Shown here in pieces: positions 37,210 through 47,947 of a stretch of 63,700 nucleotides of DNA (its first letter is position 1; the number at the start of each line of letters is the position of its first letter). The stretch is from an uncultured Maritimibacter sp. Its GTDB lineage: Bacteria > Pseudomonadota > Alphaproteobacteria > Rhodobacterales > Rhodobacteraceae. The translations under genes and the position numbers were made by a program. A model generated the notes under the pieces. That model ran no database searches. It was not told the DNA's origin and saw only the letters and a list, made by a program, of their open reading frames with translations. Location of the stretch: contig CAYGRI010000001.1 of NCBI GenBank assembly GCA_964352155.1, forward strand, positions 1-63,700, read 5' to 3'.

Positions 37210-38709
37210 TCAGGCGGGTTCCGACACGGTCAGCGTGGCGGCAACGGCGCGGCGCCAGGCGGCTGTCTTTTCTGCGCGGAGTTCGGGCGCCATCTGCGGC
37301 TGGAACGTGCGCTCCAGCGCCCAGCTTTCGGCAAAGGCGGTCATGTCGGGATACAGGCCGACCCGCTGACCGGCCAGCCAGGCGGCGCCCAGCGCCGTCG
37401 TTTCCAGCACCTGCGGGCGGTCTACGGGGGCGCCAAGGATGTCGGCCAGGAATTGCATCGCCCAATCGCTGGCACTCATGCCGCCATCAACGCGCAGGGT
37501 GGGCTCGGACCCGCTGGCCGTCCAGTCGGCGTGCATCGCATCCAGCAGGTCGCGGGTCTGGAATCCCACGCTTTCCAGCGCGGCGCGGGCAAGCTCCTCG
37601 GGACCGGTGCTTCGGGTCAGGCCAAAGATCGCGCCCCGGCACTCGGCGTTCCAATAGGGCGCCCCAAGGCCGACAAAGGCCGGGACAAGGATCACGTTCT
37701 GTGTCGGATCGGCGCGTTCCGCGAGCGGCTGCGTCTCGGGCGCCGACCCCACGATCTTCAGCCCGTCGCGCAGCCATTGCACCACGGCCCCGGCCACAAA
37801 GATCGAGCCTTCCAGCGCATAGGTGGGCGTGCCGTCGAACTGATAGGCAATCGTCGTCAGCAACTTGTTGGTCGAGGTGACGGCCGTTGCGCCAGTGTTC
37901 AGCAAGGCAAAACACCCGGTGCCATAGGTCGATTTCAGCATGCCGGGCGTGAAGCAGGCCTGGCCGATGGTGGCGGCCTGCTGATCGCCCGCGACCCCCA
38001 GGATCGGCACGGGGCGGCCCAGCAGATCGGCCCTGGCGACGCCGAAATCGGCGGCGCAATCCTTGACCTCGGGCAGCATGGCGTTGGGGATGTCCAGCAG
38101 ATCACAGATCGAGCTGCTCCACCGGCCCTTGTGGATGTCATACAGCAGCGTCCGCGCGGCATTGGTGGCATCGGTGAAATGGCTGGCACCGCCGGTCATC
38201 TTCCAGATCAGATAGCTGTCCACCGTCCCGAACAAAAGCTCCCCCCGCGCGGCGCGGGCGCGGGCGCCGTCCACATGATCAAGGATCCACTTCAGCTTTG
38301 TGCCGGAAAAGTAAGGGTCCGCCAGCAGGCCGGTGCGGGCGGTGATCATCGGCTCATGGCCCCCGGCGCGCAGCTCGGCACAGAAGGCAGAGGTGCGCCG
38401 GTCCTGCCAGACGATGGCGTTGTAGACGGGCTCCCCCGTCTCGGCATCCCAGACCAGGGTCGTCTCGCGCTGGTTGGTGATCCCGATGGCGGCCACGTCC
38501 TGTGCCGTCAGGCCGGCCTTGGCCACCGCATCGCGGGAGGTCTGGACGACACTGTCCCACAGGTCGCGCGGGTCATGTTCGACCCAGCCGCTGTCGGGGA
38601 AATGCTGCGGGAACTCCTGTTGCGCGCTGGCAAGGATCTTCATCGACGCGTCGAAGAGGATCGCGCGGGTGGAGGTGGTGCCCTGATCAATGGCCAGAAT
38701 GTGGGTCAT
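37210..38709 (-). CDS. glpK: Glycerol kinase
   Basis: [51 protein letters not shown]. Confidence 0.97.
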   Translation of the reverse strand: MTHILAIDQGTTSTRAILFDASMKILASAQQEFPQHFPDSGWVEHDPRDLWDSVVQTSRDAVAKAGLTAQDVAAIGITNQRETTLVWDAETGEPVYNAIVWQDRRTSAFCAELRAGGHEPMITARTGLLADPYFSGTKLKWILDHVDGARARAARGELLFGTVDSYLIWKMTGGASHFTDATNAARTLLYDIHKGRWSSSICDLLDIPNAMLPEVKDCAADFGVARADLLGRPVPILGVAGDQQAATIGQACFTPGMLKSTYGTGCFALLNTGATAVTSTNKLLTTIAYQFDGTPTYALEGSIFVAGAVVQWLRDGLKIVGSAPETQPLAERADPTQNVILVPAFVGLGAPYWNAECRGAIFGLTRSTGPEELARAALESVGFQTRDLLDAMHADWTASGSEPTLRVDGGMSASDWAMQFLADILGAPVDRPQVLETTALGAAWLAGQRVGLYPDMTAFAESWALERTFQPQMAPELRAEKTAAWRRAVAATLTVSEPA

Positions 38710-38943
38710 GAGTCCGCCGGGATGGTTGCAGGGAGGTGCCGGGCTTGCCCCGGCTGGGTGGCCGGAGGCTGGCCCGGCCGGAAGTCAGCAAAGCGATACA
38801 TCCGCCACCGCAATGATACTGGCAACATATCGTCGGGTTCAAGCACCGAGGGGGAGGCGCCGGATCGGCCCGCCGCGAAGCTGCCCGGTATCCGCCCCCG
38901 GATCATGCCTGTATCTGCCCCTGTTCGATACACGCCCGGCACG

Positions 38944-40563
38944 TCATGCGGTCGCCGCATCCGGAGCCCGCGCGCGGCGACCGCGCGCTCGCCGCGCCTG
39001 CATCCAGTCGTCCAGCCGTGCGACCTCGCCGGCGGTCAGCCGCAGACCCAGCTTGTTGCGCCGCCAGATCACATCCTCGGCGCTGCGGGCATATTCGCGC
39101 TCCATCAGCCAGATCACCTCGCGCTCGGTCAGGGTGGCGCCGAAGGCCTGGCCCAGATCCGCCTCGGACACAGCCTCGCCCAGAAGTTCGCGGACCTGGG
39201 TGCCATAGGCCCGCACCAGCCGCTTGGCCCAGAACGGGCTGAGGAAGGGGTATGCTGCCTGCAAGTCCGCGATCAGCTTGGCCACATCGCCCACGGCGAA
39301 ATCGCCGCCCGGCAACGCGACGCCCGCCGTCCAGTGGCCGGAGGTGCCGGGGAAGAAGGGCGCGATCTTGTCCATCGCATCCTCTGCCAGCTTGCGATAG
39401 GTGGTGATCTTGCCGCCGAAGATGTTAAGGATCGGGGCGCCGCCGGCCTGGTCGACCTTCAGCGTATAGTCCCGCGTGGCCGCCGTGGCGCTGCTGGCGC
39501 CGTCATCGTAGAGGGGGCGCACGCCGGAATAGCTCCAGACGATATCGTCCTCCGAGATGTCCTGCTTGAAGTAGCTGTTGGCAAAATCGACCAGATAGCG
39601 CCGCTCCTCGGGGGAGCAGTCGGGCTTGATGTGGGGGTCGAGATGTTCAGCATCGGTGGTACCGATCAGGGTGAAATCCGTCTCGTAGGGAATGGCAAAG
39701 ATGATCCGCCCATCGGTGCCCTGAAAAAAGTAGCATTTGTCGTGGTCATAGAGCTTGCGGGTCACGATATGGCTGCCCCGCACAAGCCGGACGCCCTCGT
39801 TCGACTTGATATGCACTTTCTGGTGGAGGATGTCGCCGACCCAGGGGCCGCCCGCGTTCACCAGCATCCGCGCCCGGATCACCTGCGTCTCGCCGGTTTC
39901 GGTATCTTCCACCGAGACCTGCCAGTGATCGCCCTTCCGCGCTGCGGCCACCACCTTGGTGCGCACCAGGATCTGGGCGCCCCGGTCTTCGGCGTCGCGG
40001 GCGTTCAGCACGACCAGCCGGGAATCCTCGATCCAGCAATCGGAATATTCATAGGCTTTCTCGAAGCGGTCCTCGATCGGAGCTCCCTCGGGCGTGCCGC
40101 GCAGGGACAGGGTGCGGGTGCCGGGCAGGATCTTGCGGCCGCCCAGATTGTCATAGAGGAACAGGCCCAGCCGGATCATCCAGGCCGGGCGGCGCCCCTT
40201 CATCCAGGGCATCACGCGGTTCAGGATGCGTGCGGCGGGGGTTTCGCCTTCGAACCGCATGTCGCGGTGATAGGGCAGCACAAAGCGCATCGGCCAGGAG
40301 ATATGCGGCATGGCACGCAGCAGAACCTCGCGTTCGGCCAGCGCATGCCGGACCAGCTTGATCTCGAAATACTCCAGATAGCGCAGCCCGCCGTGGAACA
40401 GCTTGGTGGAGGCCGAGGAGGTGGCCGAGGCGAGGTCGTTCATCTCGGCAAGCGCCACCGTCAGCCCGCGCCCCGCCGCATCCCGCGCGATCCCGCAGCC
40501 GTTGATCCCGCCGCCGATAACAAAAAGGTCGACCGTATTGTCGTTGGCGTGGATGTCCGACAC
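38944..40563 (-). CDS. glpD: Aerobic glycerol-3-phosphate dehydrogenase
   Basis: GTG with AAGGAG RBS; IGGGINGCGIARDAAGRG, TSSASTKLFHGGLRYLE, GGKITTYR. Confidence 0.96.
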   Translation of the reverse strand: MSDIHANDNTVDLFVIGGGINGCGIARDAAGRGLTVALAEMNDLASATSSASTKLFHGGLRYLEYFEIKLVRHALAEREVLLRAMPHISWPMRFVLPYHRDMRFEGETPAARILNRVMPWMKGRRPAWMIRLGLFLYDNLGGRKILPGTRTLSLRGTPEGAPIEDRFEKAYEYSDCWIEDSRLVVLNARDAEDRGAQILVRTKVVAAARKGDHWQVSVEDTETGETQVIRARMLVNAGGPWVGDILHQKVHIKSNEGVRLVRGSHIVTRKLYDHDKCYFFQGTDGRIIFAIPYETDFTLIGTTDAEHLDPHIKPDCSPEERRYLVDFANSYFKQDISEDDIVWSYSGVRPLYDDGASSATAATRDYTLKVDQAGGAPILNIFGGKITTYRKLAEDAMDKIAPFFPGTSGHWTAGVALPGGDFAVGDVAKLIADLQAAYPFLSPFWAKRLVRAYGTQVRELLGEAVSEADLGQAFGATLTEREVIWLMEREYARSAEDVIWRRNKLGLRLTAGEVARLDDWMQARRARGRRARAPDAATA

Positions 40564-40629
40564 CTGGCTCTCCTTGGCCAAAAACCTTGGGCAACCGGTA
40601 AAGCGCGTTTGCCGTCTTCGCAAGAGTGT

Positions 40630-40737
40630 ATTTCGTTTCTGTTCGTTATTGTGAAATCCCACCTCAGGGCACCTGTCATGGGTGCGAATGCACCGCTGAG
40701 ATGCGCGATTATGCGAAAACCGCACATATACGAACAT
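40630..40737. promoter_or_regulatory. GlpR-type operator half-sites
   Basis: TTCGTT at 40632 and 40642 (10-bp spacing); CGCACA at 40721 and CGAACA at 40731 (minus strand ATGTTCGTAT, like the GlpR WATGTTCGWT half-site). Confidence 0.55.
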
Positions 40738-40788
40738 CCCCTTGCGCTTTCCGGACCGGCGTCGGTAGATGGCGGCAGGAGGCTCAAG

Positions 40789-41562
40789 ATGTCGCAAACC
40801 TTCCGTCACCCGGAAATCCTCGAAACCGCTCGCCGGCAGGGCAAGGTCACTGTCGAAGGGCTGGCCGAGCACTTTGGAGTCACCCTGCAAACCATCCGCC
40901 GCGACCTGACGGAGCTGGCCGAGGCCGGGCGGTTGCAGCGGGTGCATGGCGGGGCGATCCTGCCCTCGGGCACCAGCAACATCCAATATGCGGAACGGCG
41001 CAGACTGAACGAGGCGGCTAAGACGGCGATCGCCCGCGCCTGCGCCGCCCATATCCCGGAAGGCAGCTCGGTGTTCCTGAATATTGGCACCAGCACCGAG
41101 GCGGTCGCCCGCGCGCTGTTGCACCACCGGGATCTGATGGTCGTGACCAACAACATGAATGTGGCCGAGATTCTGGCCGCCAATCGCGAATGCCAGATCA
41201 TCCTGACGGGCGGCACGTTGCGGCGCGCCGATGATGGCCTGGTCGGAGAGCTCGCCGCCGCCACAATCCGGCAGTTCAAGTTCGACATCGCGGTGATCGG
41301 CTGTTCGGCGATGGACGAAGACGGCGACCTGCTGGATTTCGACATTCAGGAGATCGGCGTGAGCCAGACGATCATCGCCCATGCCCGTAAGGCTTTCCTG
41401 GTCGCGGATCACTCGAAGTTCGACCGGATTGCGCCTGCGCGGATCACCTCGTTGAGCGAGATCGACGCGGTCTTCACGGATCGCGCGGTGTCGCCCACCC
41501 TGGCCGCCCGCTGCGCCGACTGGCAGACGCGGGTGCATGTGGCCCCGGCTGACGGCGCCTGA
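40789..41562 (+). CDS. glpR: DeoR/GlpR family repressor
   Basis: VTLQTIRRDL HTH, RVHGGA, FLNIGTSTE, VADHSKF; divergent from glpD. Confidence 0.93.
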   Translation: MSQTFRHPEILETARRQGKVTVEGLAEHFGVTLQTIRRDLTELAEAGRLQRVHGGAILPSGTSNIQYAERRRLNEAAKTAIARACAAHIPEGSSVFLNIGTSTEAVARALLHHRDLMVVTNNMNVAEILAANRECQIILTGGTLRRADDGLVGELAAATIRQFKFDIAVIGCSAMDEDGDLLDFDIQEIGVSQTIIAHARKAFLVADHSKFDRIAPARITSLSEIDAVFTDRAVSPTLAARCADWQTRVHVAPADGA

Positions 41563-41708
41563 GGCGCGGGGCGAGCCCCCGGGAATTTCGGACCGGCGCC
41601 GGGTCAAGCCGCTGCCTGGGGTTGCACAATGCGCCGCGACCGTTGATACGAAAGGACGCTGCCAGCCCCCGGCGCATCGTAGAACCCGCCCCCGACCGCA
41701 GGACCAAG

Positions 41709-42053
41709 ATGACCCGATTGACCCCGAAAGAGCTGCAAGCGTTTCTGGTCGGCCAGCAATTGTATTGCTTCGACCCGGCGGATCGCGCGCATGTGGCAAC
41801 GATCCGGTATCGGAAGGATGGTACCTGTCTGGCGACCTTTGCGGACGGCGGCGAAGATCAGGGAACCTATGGCCTGACCGACGATGCCTACTGGACGCAA
41901 TACACGAATTTCCGCGCCGGTGAGAGGAACGCGTTTCACCTTGTGCCGGTGGCCCCGCAAGTCGTACAGGCCTGGCATACCGATGGCCGCCGCGCCTTTT
42001 TGCAAAGCCCGCTGCCGCACTTGCCAGTCCTTGAGGAAGGAACGCCGTCTTGA
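41709..42053 (+). CDS. Hypothetical protein (114 aa)
   Basis: AGGA RBS; coding-like composition; TTGA overlap with the next gene. Confidence 0.6.
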   Translation: MTRLTPKELQAFLVGQQLYCFDPADRAHVATIRYRKDGTCLATFADGGEDQGTYGLTDDAYWTQYTNFRAGERNAFHLVPVAPQVVQAWHTDGRRAFLQSPLPHLPVLEEGTPS

Positions 42054-42856
42054 CCGAATATGAGGCCTTGCGCCGCGCGCCGCTGTCCCAGATCCGGGCC
42101 GCGATCCGGGCGAACAGCTACGAAGGGCACACCGCCGGGCTGGCGCCGGGGCGCCTTCAGGTCAATCTTGCGATCATGCCCGAGGCTTTTGCGCTCGATT
42201 TCTTCCGGTTCTGCCAGCGCAACCCCAAGCCCTGTCCGCTGACGGGTGTGACGGATGCCGGCGCTCGTATTCTTGGAACCCTGGGGCCTAATCTGGCGGC
42301 GGATACGGATGCGCCGGCCTATGCAATCTATGAACACGGGGTGCTGCAAGGCTATCGCCCCGATGTCCGCGATCTTTGGCGCGCGGATTTCGTGGCCTTT
42401 GCGCTGGGCTGTTCGTTCACTTTCGAACGCGCCTTGACCGAAGCCGGGATCGCCATGCGCCATGTGGATTGCAACCGCACCGTGCCGATGTTCCGATCCT
42501 CGCTGCAGACAATCTCGGCCGGGCCCTTCGGCGGCGATATGGTCGTGTCGATGCGCCCGATCAAGCCCGCCGACATCGACCGCGTGCGCCAGATCTGCGA
42601 CCTGTATCCGCTGGGGCATGGCGGGCCCGTGCATGTGGGCGATCCGGCGCAGATCGGCATTTCAGACATCTCGGCCCCCGATTGGGGCGAGGCGGTGCCG
42701 TTCGAGGATGGCGAGATCCCGGTGTTCTGGGCCTGCGGCGTGACGCCCCAGAATGCGGCCATCGCTGCCAGGCTGCCGCTGTTCATATCGCACAAGCCCG
42801 GCGCGATGCTGATCACCGATGTGGACGAGCGGGCGAACCCGCCGATCCTCTCCTAG
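42050..42856 (+). CDS. DUF1445 / D-glutamate cyclase family putative hydro-lyase
   Basis: TAGLAPG..QVNL, FCQRNPKPCPL, GCSFTFE, VSMRP, VFWACGVTPQ, HKPGAMLITD. Confidence 0.9.
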   Translation: MTEYEALRRAPLSQIRAAIRANSYEGHTAGLAPGRLQVNLAIMPEAFALDFFRFCQRNPKPCPLTGVTDAGARILGTLGPNLAADTDAPAYAIYEHGVLQGYRPDVRDLWRADFVAFALGCSFTFERALTEAGIAMRHVDCNRTVPMFRSSLQTISAGPFGGDMVVSMRPIKPADIDRVRQICDLYPLGHGGPVHVGDPAQIGISDISAPDWGEAVPFEDGEIPVFWACGVTPQNAAIAARLPLFISHKPGAMLITDVDERANPPILS

Positions 42857-42940
42857 CGCCTGCTGCGCTGAACCGTCGCTGGCGGACGGCACCGGCTCGG
42901 CGCCACGGCGGGAGGCACATGGCGGCGAATGACGTTGAGA

Positions 42941-42970
42941 CGGGGTGCGGTCTTGATCGGCCGCACCCCG
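42941..42970. terminator. Hairpin terminator between convergent units
   Basis: CGGGGTGCGG-N10-CCGCACCCCG followed by T-rich CCTGTTGTTT. Confidence 0.65.
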
Positions 42971-42978
42971 CCTGTTGT

Positions 42979-44022
42979 TTAGTTGATCACAAAGCCCATC
43001 GCGGCGCCGATGGTCTCGTTCCAGGTGGCCGCGCAGGCCTCGCCGCAGCGGTCTTTATAGGCCGGAAGCACCGCCATCGTCGCGGCATCGGCCATCAGGG
43101 CCATATCCGCCTCGGACGCGGGAACGAGCGTCATGTTCGCAGGCTCGCCGTAGGGGCAGGTGCCGCCGGTGTTGCAGGCCAGACCATCCGCCGTTTCGGT
43201 GGCGGCGAGGGCGAACATCTTGTCCTCCAGCTCGGCCAAGCCTTCCTCGATCGCGGTCTGGGCGGCGGGATCGATGCCGTTCCACCAGTCCAGATTGGCG
43301 ATGTTGGCAATCACACCGTGGTTGATCGGCACGGCAGAGATGTAATCGGCGGGCTCATGCCATTTTGCCAGATAGCCCGACAAGGCGCCGGTGATGGCGC
43401 AGTCGATGGTGCCGTTGGCCATGGCGGTGGGGACTTCGCCAAAGGCCATCCCGATGGGCGAGGCGCCGATATGTTCCAAGAACACCTGCTGAGATGCGCC
43501 AGAGGCCCGCACCTTGCGGCCCGCCAGATCGGCGAGTGAGGCGAAGGCCTCGCGGCAGTAGACAACCTGGCTTTGATAAATGCCGTAGCCCAGCAGCTTG
43601 ATGCCATGAGTCTCGGCCAGATAGCCGGCGTGAAACTCGCGGAACGCATCGGCCGCCTTGTGCACGCCTTCCACATCGGCGACGACGCCCACAAGGTCGC
43701 TGGCCTCGTTCACCGGCACGGAGCCGGAGGTGTAGGACAGCACCTGATGCGCCATCTGCACGGTCCCGTTGGACACCAGCGAGAACAGCTCATCCCCCTT
43801 GAAGCCCAGCTCGTTGAACGGCTTGATGTTCGCCTTGATGGCGCCGCCGCTGCTGTCAACGATGGTCTCGGTCCAGAACGGCAGCTCCATGTCCTTGTAC
43901 ATCGACAGGATCCCGATGGAGCCGACGACGTTCAGATTGGTCTCGGGGATGTCTTGGGCCTGCGCCTGCGCGGCGGTCAGACCCAGCGCGAGCAGGGCGG
44001 CGAAGGATAGGTTCGAAGTCAT
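42979..44022 (-). CDS. dctP: TRAP substrate-binding protein (DctP)
   Basis: Signal peptide AQAQA; ELPFW, DLAGRKVR, GTIDCAITG; C-terminal Cys pairs. Confidence 0.88.
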   Translation of the reverse strand: MTSNLSFAALLALGLTAAQAQAQDIPETNLNVVGSIGILSMYKDMELPFWTETIVDSSGGAIKANIKPFNELGFKGDELFSLVSNGTVQMAHQVLSYTSGSVPVNEASDLVGVVADVEGVHKAADAFREFHAGYLAETHGIKLLGYGIYQSQVVYCREAFASLADLAGRKVRASGASQQVFLEHIGASPIGMAFGEVPTAMANGTIDCAITGALSGYLAKWHEPADYISAVPINHGVIANIANLDWWNGIDPAAQTAIEEGLAELEDKMFALAATETADGLACNTGGTCPYGEPANMTLVPASEADMALMADAATMAVLPAYKDRCGEACAATWNETIGAAMGFVIN

Positions 44023-44063
44023 AGAGGGCACTCCTTGTTGGGGCTGGCAGGGTACGGCCCCGC

Positions 44064-45359
44064 CTAGCGTGGATTGACGATTTCAGGAAGCCAGAGCGCA
44101 AGCCCCGGCACGGCGATCAGCAGACCAATCATCACCAGCATGGCCAAGAGAAACGGAACAGAGCCAACGAACAGGTCAGAGATCGACCCGGTCTTGCGCA
44201 CGGCCTGAACGATATACAGGTTCAGGCCCACCGGCGGGGTGATCAGCGCGGCCTCGATCAGGATGACGAAGACGATGCCCCACCAGACCGGATCATAGCC
44301 CAGCCCGACGATCACCGGGACGATGATCGGCGTGGTCGCGATCATCATGGAAATCGTCTCCATGAAGCAGCCCAGCAGCAGGTAGAAGGCGATGATCGCC
44401 AGCAACATGCCCAGCGGGGGCCAGCCCAGATCCAGGATCGCGTTGGTGATCGCATCCACCAGCCCGATCGACACCATCACGAGGTTCAGAAAGAAGGCGG
44501 TCAGCACGATCAGCATGATCATGCAGGTGGTGCGCACGGTTCCTTCGAAAGCGCTCAGCAGCACCGGCAATGTCAGCTTGCCGTTCAGAGCGACCAGCCC
44601 CAGTGTTGCCAGCAGGCCCAGCGCCGCCGCCTCTGTCGGCGTGGCCAGCCCCACATAGATCGACCCGACCACCACCAGGAACAGCCCCAGCGGCGGCAAC
44701 AGATGCGGCAGCCCCGCGATCCGCGCGGGCCAAAGCGAGCCGCTGGCGGGTTTGCCCTTGACCAGCGACGGCATCACCAGCACCGCGAGCAGCACGATCC
44801 CCGAAAACAGCGCCGCCAGCATCAGGCCGGGGATGAACCCGGCGGCATAAAGGTCCGTGACAGAGGTTTGCGACAGCACCGAATAAACGATCATGTTGAT
44901 CGACGGCGGGATCAGGATGCCTAGCGTGCCCCCCGCCGCGATGGAGCCCAGGAACAGCGGCCGGTTGTAACCGCCCTTGTCCATATTGGGCACGGCGACG
45001 GTGCCGATGGTGGCCGCCGTCGCCAGCGACGAGCCCGAGGTCGCCGCAAAGACCGCGCTGGAGGCGATGTTGGTATGGATCAACTGCCCCGGTACGCGGG
45101 CGAACCAGGGGGCCAGCGCGCCGAACAGCCGCTCTGACACGCCGGAACGGTGCATCAACTCGCCCATCATGATGAACATTGGCGCGGCGATCAGGATGAA
45201 GTCGTTGGAATGGCTCCAGAAAATGGGCCCGGCGGCGCCGGTCATCGGAATGAAGGCGTAGTTTTCCGAAAGGAAATAGCCGGTCAGCGCCAGGACCGCC
45301 GCGACAGGCAGGCTCAGCGCCAGACCGACCAGCAGAAAGATCAGGGCGGCCTGGATCAT
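44064..45359 (-). CDS. dctM: TRAP transporter large permease (DctM)
   Basis: SGSSLATAATIG, GGTLGILIPPS, TPTEAA, ITPPVGLNL. Confidence 0.92.
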   Translation of the reverse strand: MIQAALIFLLVGLALSLPVAAVLALTGYFLSENYAFIPMTGAAGPIFWSHSNDFILIAAPMFIMMGELMHRSGVSERLFGALAPWFARVPGQLIHTNIASSAVFAATSGSSLATAATIGTVAVPNMDKGGYNRPLFLGSIAAGGTLGILIPPSINMIVYSVLSQTSVTDLYAAGFIPGLMLAALFSGIVLLAVLVMPSLVKGKPASGSLWPARIAGLPHLLPPLGLFLVVVGSIYVGLATPTEAAALGLLATLGLVALNGKLTLPVLLSAFEGTVRTTCMIMLIVLTAFFLNLVMVSIGLVDAITNAILDLGWPPLGMLLAIIAFYLLLGCFMETISMMIATTPIIVPVIVGLGYDPVWWGIVFVILIEAALITPPVGLNLYIVQAVRKTGSISDLFVGSVPFLLAMLVMIGLLIAVPGLALWLPEIVNPR

Positions 45360-45940
45360 GACTTGGGCTCCTTCAAGTCGATGCCGATCTCCGCGATCTC
45401 TTCCATCAGGTCGGGGTTGGAGATCAGTGCCTCCATCCCCTTGGTGTCGCCGGCCACGAGGCGCGCCACGGCCAAGATCGGGGTCAGGCAGGCGACCGTT
45501 GCGAACCAGGCAAAGCCGGTCCACCAGACCAACTGCGGCCCGATCAGCGGCACCCGCAGGGTCGATTGCGAGCGCGCGTCCAGCTTCCAGCTTTCCTGCA
45601 GCACGTCGAAGGAATACCACGCCAGCGCCGCCGCCGTGAGGGCCAGCGCCAGCGCGGCGATCAGGTCAAAGATCAGGCGGATCGGACGCGGCAGCTTGGC
45701 CGTCAGAATATCGACGCGGATGTTCGCGCGGCTGGTGACGGTGAACCCCATGCCCAGACCGATGCAGGCCGCGAAAGCGTAGCTGGAGATCTCAAAGCTC
45801 TCCAGCAGGGTCTGGCCCGTCACCGCCCGAGAGACGACGTCGATCGCGATGGGGATCGCGCAGCCGAACAGGATCAGCGCGCCGGCGGTCCAGGCGAGCC
45901 AGCGGCTGACCCGTGCTGTGATGTCATGCACTGGCTGCAC
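45356..45940 (-). CDS. dctQ: TRAP transporter small permease (DctQ)
   Basis: EISSY, NIRVDIL; four TM helices; overlaps dctM. Confidence 0.87.
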   Translation of the reverse strand: MQPVHDITARVSRWLAWTAGALILFGCAIPIAIDVVSRAVTGQTLLESFEISSYAFAACIGLGMGFTVTSRANIRVDILTAKLPRPIRLIFDLIAALALALTAAALAWYSFDVLQESWKLDARSQSTLRVPLIGPQLVWWTGFAWFATVACLTPILAVARLVAGDTKGMEALISNPDLMEEIAEIGIDLKEPKS

Positions 45941-46311
45941 GTCCTATGTCCCTTCCCTCTGTCGCCCGGTTGCCGCCCGGGGTGGTCGCATTGTCAAGCG
46001 GCCCCAGGCCCGGCCACTGTCCCGCGTTTCAAGAGCGTGCGCCGCCGGATCCTGCCAAGGGCCCAATGCGGCGTCGACTCCCTGCGGCAGAATGGGGGGA
46101 GGGCGCGGGAAGTGTCCAGCTTTGTCATTGCCTTCGGTCCGATCTCTGGGCGGATGCCTCGATTTTAATCCCTGCTCTTCGCTTCGTTCCGCCGGATGTC
46201 GTGCCGCTGCCGGATGATGCCCGAATCCCATTCGGTCGGCCGTATCGGCGCGCCTTGGTCGCCGGTCGCTTCGGTCTGGCGATCCCCGGGGTGATCGCAA
46301 AAGAATTTCTG

Positions 46312-46331
46312 TTGTGTACAAATTGTGTACA
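46312..46331. promoter_or_regulatory. GntR operator: tandem TTGTGTACA repeats
   Basis: TTGTGTACA at 46312-46320 and 46323-46331 (11-bp period), each containing the TGTACA palindrome, just upstream of gntR. Confidence 0.7.
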
Positions 46332-46347
46332 TTATAGGGTCGCCGCT

Positions 46348-47049
46348 ATGAAACGATTCTCCAAAGATGATTGCGTGGCCGATCTCAGGCGCCGCATCCT
46401 GTCGACCGACCTGTCGCCGGGCGAAGACCTGGACGAAACCGCGCTGGCCGAGCGCTATGGCATGTCGCGCACGCCGCTGCGCGAGGTGCTGCAACGGCTG
46501 CAGGGCGAAGGCTATGTCGAGATGAGCCAGAACCGCGGGGCGAAGGTTGCCTCGATGGACATCGGCGTGCTGCGGACGTTCTTTCAGACCGCCCCGATGG
46601 TCTATGCCAATGTCGCGCAGCTCGCGTGCGAAAACCGGACAACCGCGCAATTGGACCGGTTGAAAGACGCGCAGCGGGTCTTTGCCAAGGTGGCCACGAC
46701 CAATCCGTCAGAGGCGGCGCTGGCCAATCACAGCTTTCATGCGATCATCGGTGACATGGCGCAGAACCCCTATCTGGTCGCCTCGCTGGCGCGTCTGCAG
46801 ATTGACCACACCCGGATGAGCCAGACCTTCTATCGCCCCGCCGCCCCGGCAGAGACACTGCTGGTGATCAAGGCCATCGAACAGCACGATGCCATGATCA
46901 CCGCGATTGACTCGCGTGAACGGGCGTTGGCCATCGACCTAACCCTGCAGCACTGGGACCTCAGCCGTGACCGGATGGAACGCTTCGTGCGCCCCGATCC
47001 GCTGCCGGTCGATATCGTTTCACTCAAGGACCGCCGCAATGCAGTTTGA
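46348..47049 (+). CDS. GntR (FCD) family transcriptional regulator
   Basis: LAERYGMSRTPLREVL wHTH; NHSFH..NPYL..QHDAM..H FCD residues. Confidence 0.92.
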   Translation: MKRFSKDDCVADLRRRILSTDLSPGEDLDETALAERYGMSRTPLREVLQRLQGEGYVEMSQNRGAKVASMDIGVLRTFFQTAPMVYANVAQLACENRTTAQLDRLKDAQRVFAKVATTNPSEAALANHSFHAIIGDMAQNPYLVASLARLQIDHTRMSQTFYRPAAPAETLLVIKAIEQHDAMITAIDSRERALAIDLTLQHWDLSRDRMERFVRPDPLPVDIVSLKDRRNAV

Positions 47050-47947
47050 AGGCATCTACACACCCGTGGTGACACCCTACCACGCCGATTTCACCCTGAA
47101 CGAAGAGGCGCTGGCCCGTACCATTGAACACCTGATCGCTGCCGGGGTGCATGGGATCGTCGTGGCGGGGTCGACCGGCGAATACTACGCCCAGACGCCC
47201 GAGGAACGGCTGGAGATGATGGGCCGCGCCGCGGGCCTGATCGCCGGGCGGGTGCCGATGATCGTGGGCACCGGCGCCATCCGCACCGAGGACAGCGTGA
47301 TGTATGCCAAAGCCGCGAAGGCCGCCGGGGCGGATGCGCTGCTGGTGGCCACGCCGCCCTATGCTTATCCGACGGGGCGCGAGATCGCGCTGCATGCGCT
47401 GGCCATTGATCAGGCCGCGAACCTGCCGGTGATGCTGTATAATTACCCCGGCCGCATGTCCGTCAATATGGACGAAGAGACGCTGGACCGTCTGGGCCGC
47501 AGCCCGAATTTCTGCGCCGTCAAGGAAAGCTCAGGCGATATCAACCGCCTGCACATGCTCGCCCGCGACTATCCGCATATCGCCTTGTCCTGCGGGATGG
47601 ACGATCAGGCGCTGGAATTCTTCGCCTGGGGCGCGCGGTCCTGGGTCTGCGCCGGGTCGAACTTTGCGCCCGAAGCGCATATCGCGCTGTATCGGGCTTG
47701 TGCGGTCGAGGGGGATTTCACCAAGGGCCGCGCGATCATGTCGGCGATGCTGCCGCTGATGCGGGTGCTCGAACAGGGCGGCAAGTTCGTGCAATGCATC
47801 AAATACGGGCTGACCCTGCGCGGCATCGACGCGGGCCCGCCGCGCAAGCCGCTGCAGCCGCTGAACAAGGACGACAAACGCGAACTGGCAAAGGTGATCC
47901 GCACCATGAACCTCGCCGTTTCCAGCATCACGGGGGCCTCGCTATGA
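47039..47947 (+). CDS. Dihydrodipicolinate synthase (DapA/NAL) family lyase
   Basis: GSTGEY, ATPPY, LYNYPGR, VKESSGD Schiff-base Lys. Confidence 0.9.
   Translation: MQFEGIYTPVVTPYHADFTLNEEALARTIEHLIAAGVHGIVVAGSTGEYYAQTPEERLEMMGRAAGLIAGRVPMIVGTGAIRTEDSVMYAKAAKAAGADALLVATPPYAYPTGREIALHALAIDQAANLPVMLYNYPGRMSVNMDEETLDRLGRSPNFCAVKESSGDINRLHMLARDYPHIALSCGMDDQALEFFAWGARSWVCAGSNFAPEAHIALYRACAVEGDFTKGRAIMSAMLPLMRVLEQGGKFVQCIKYGLTLRGIDAGPPRKPLQPLNKDDKRELAKVIRTMNLAVSSITGASL

Noticed and set aside
37453-41562. 1369-aa plus-strand ORF
   Set aside because: Antisense shadow of glpK/glpD running in frame into glpR; only 40789-41562 is a real gene
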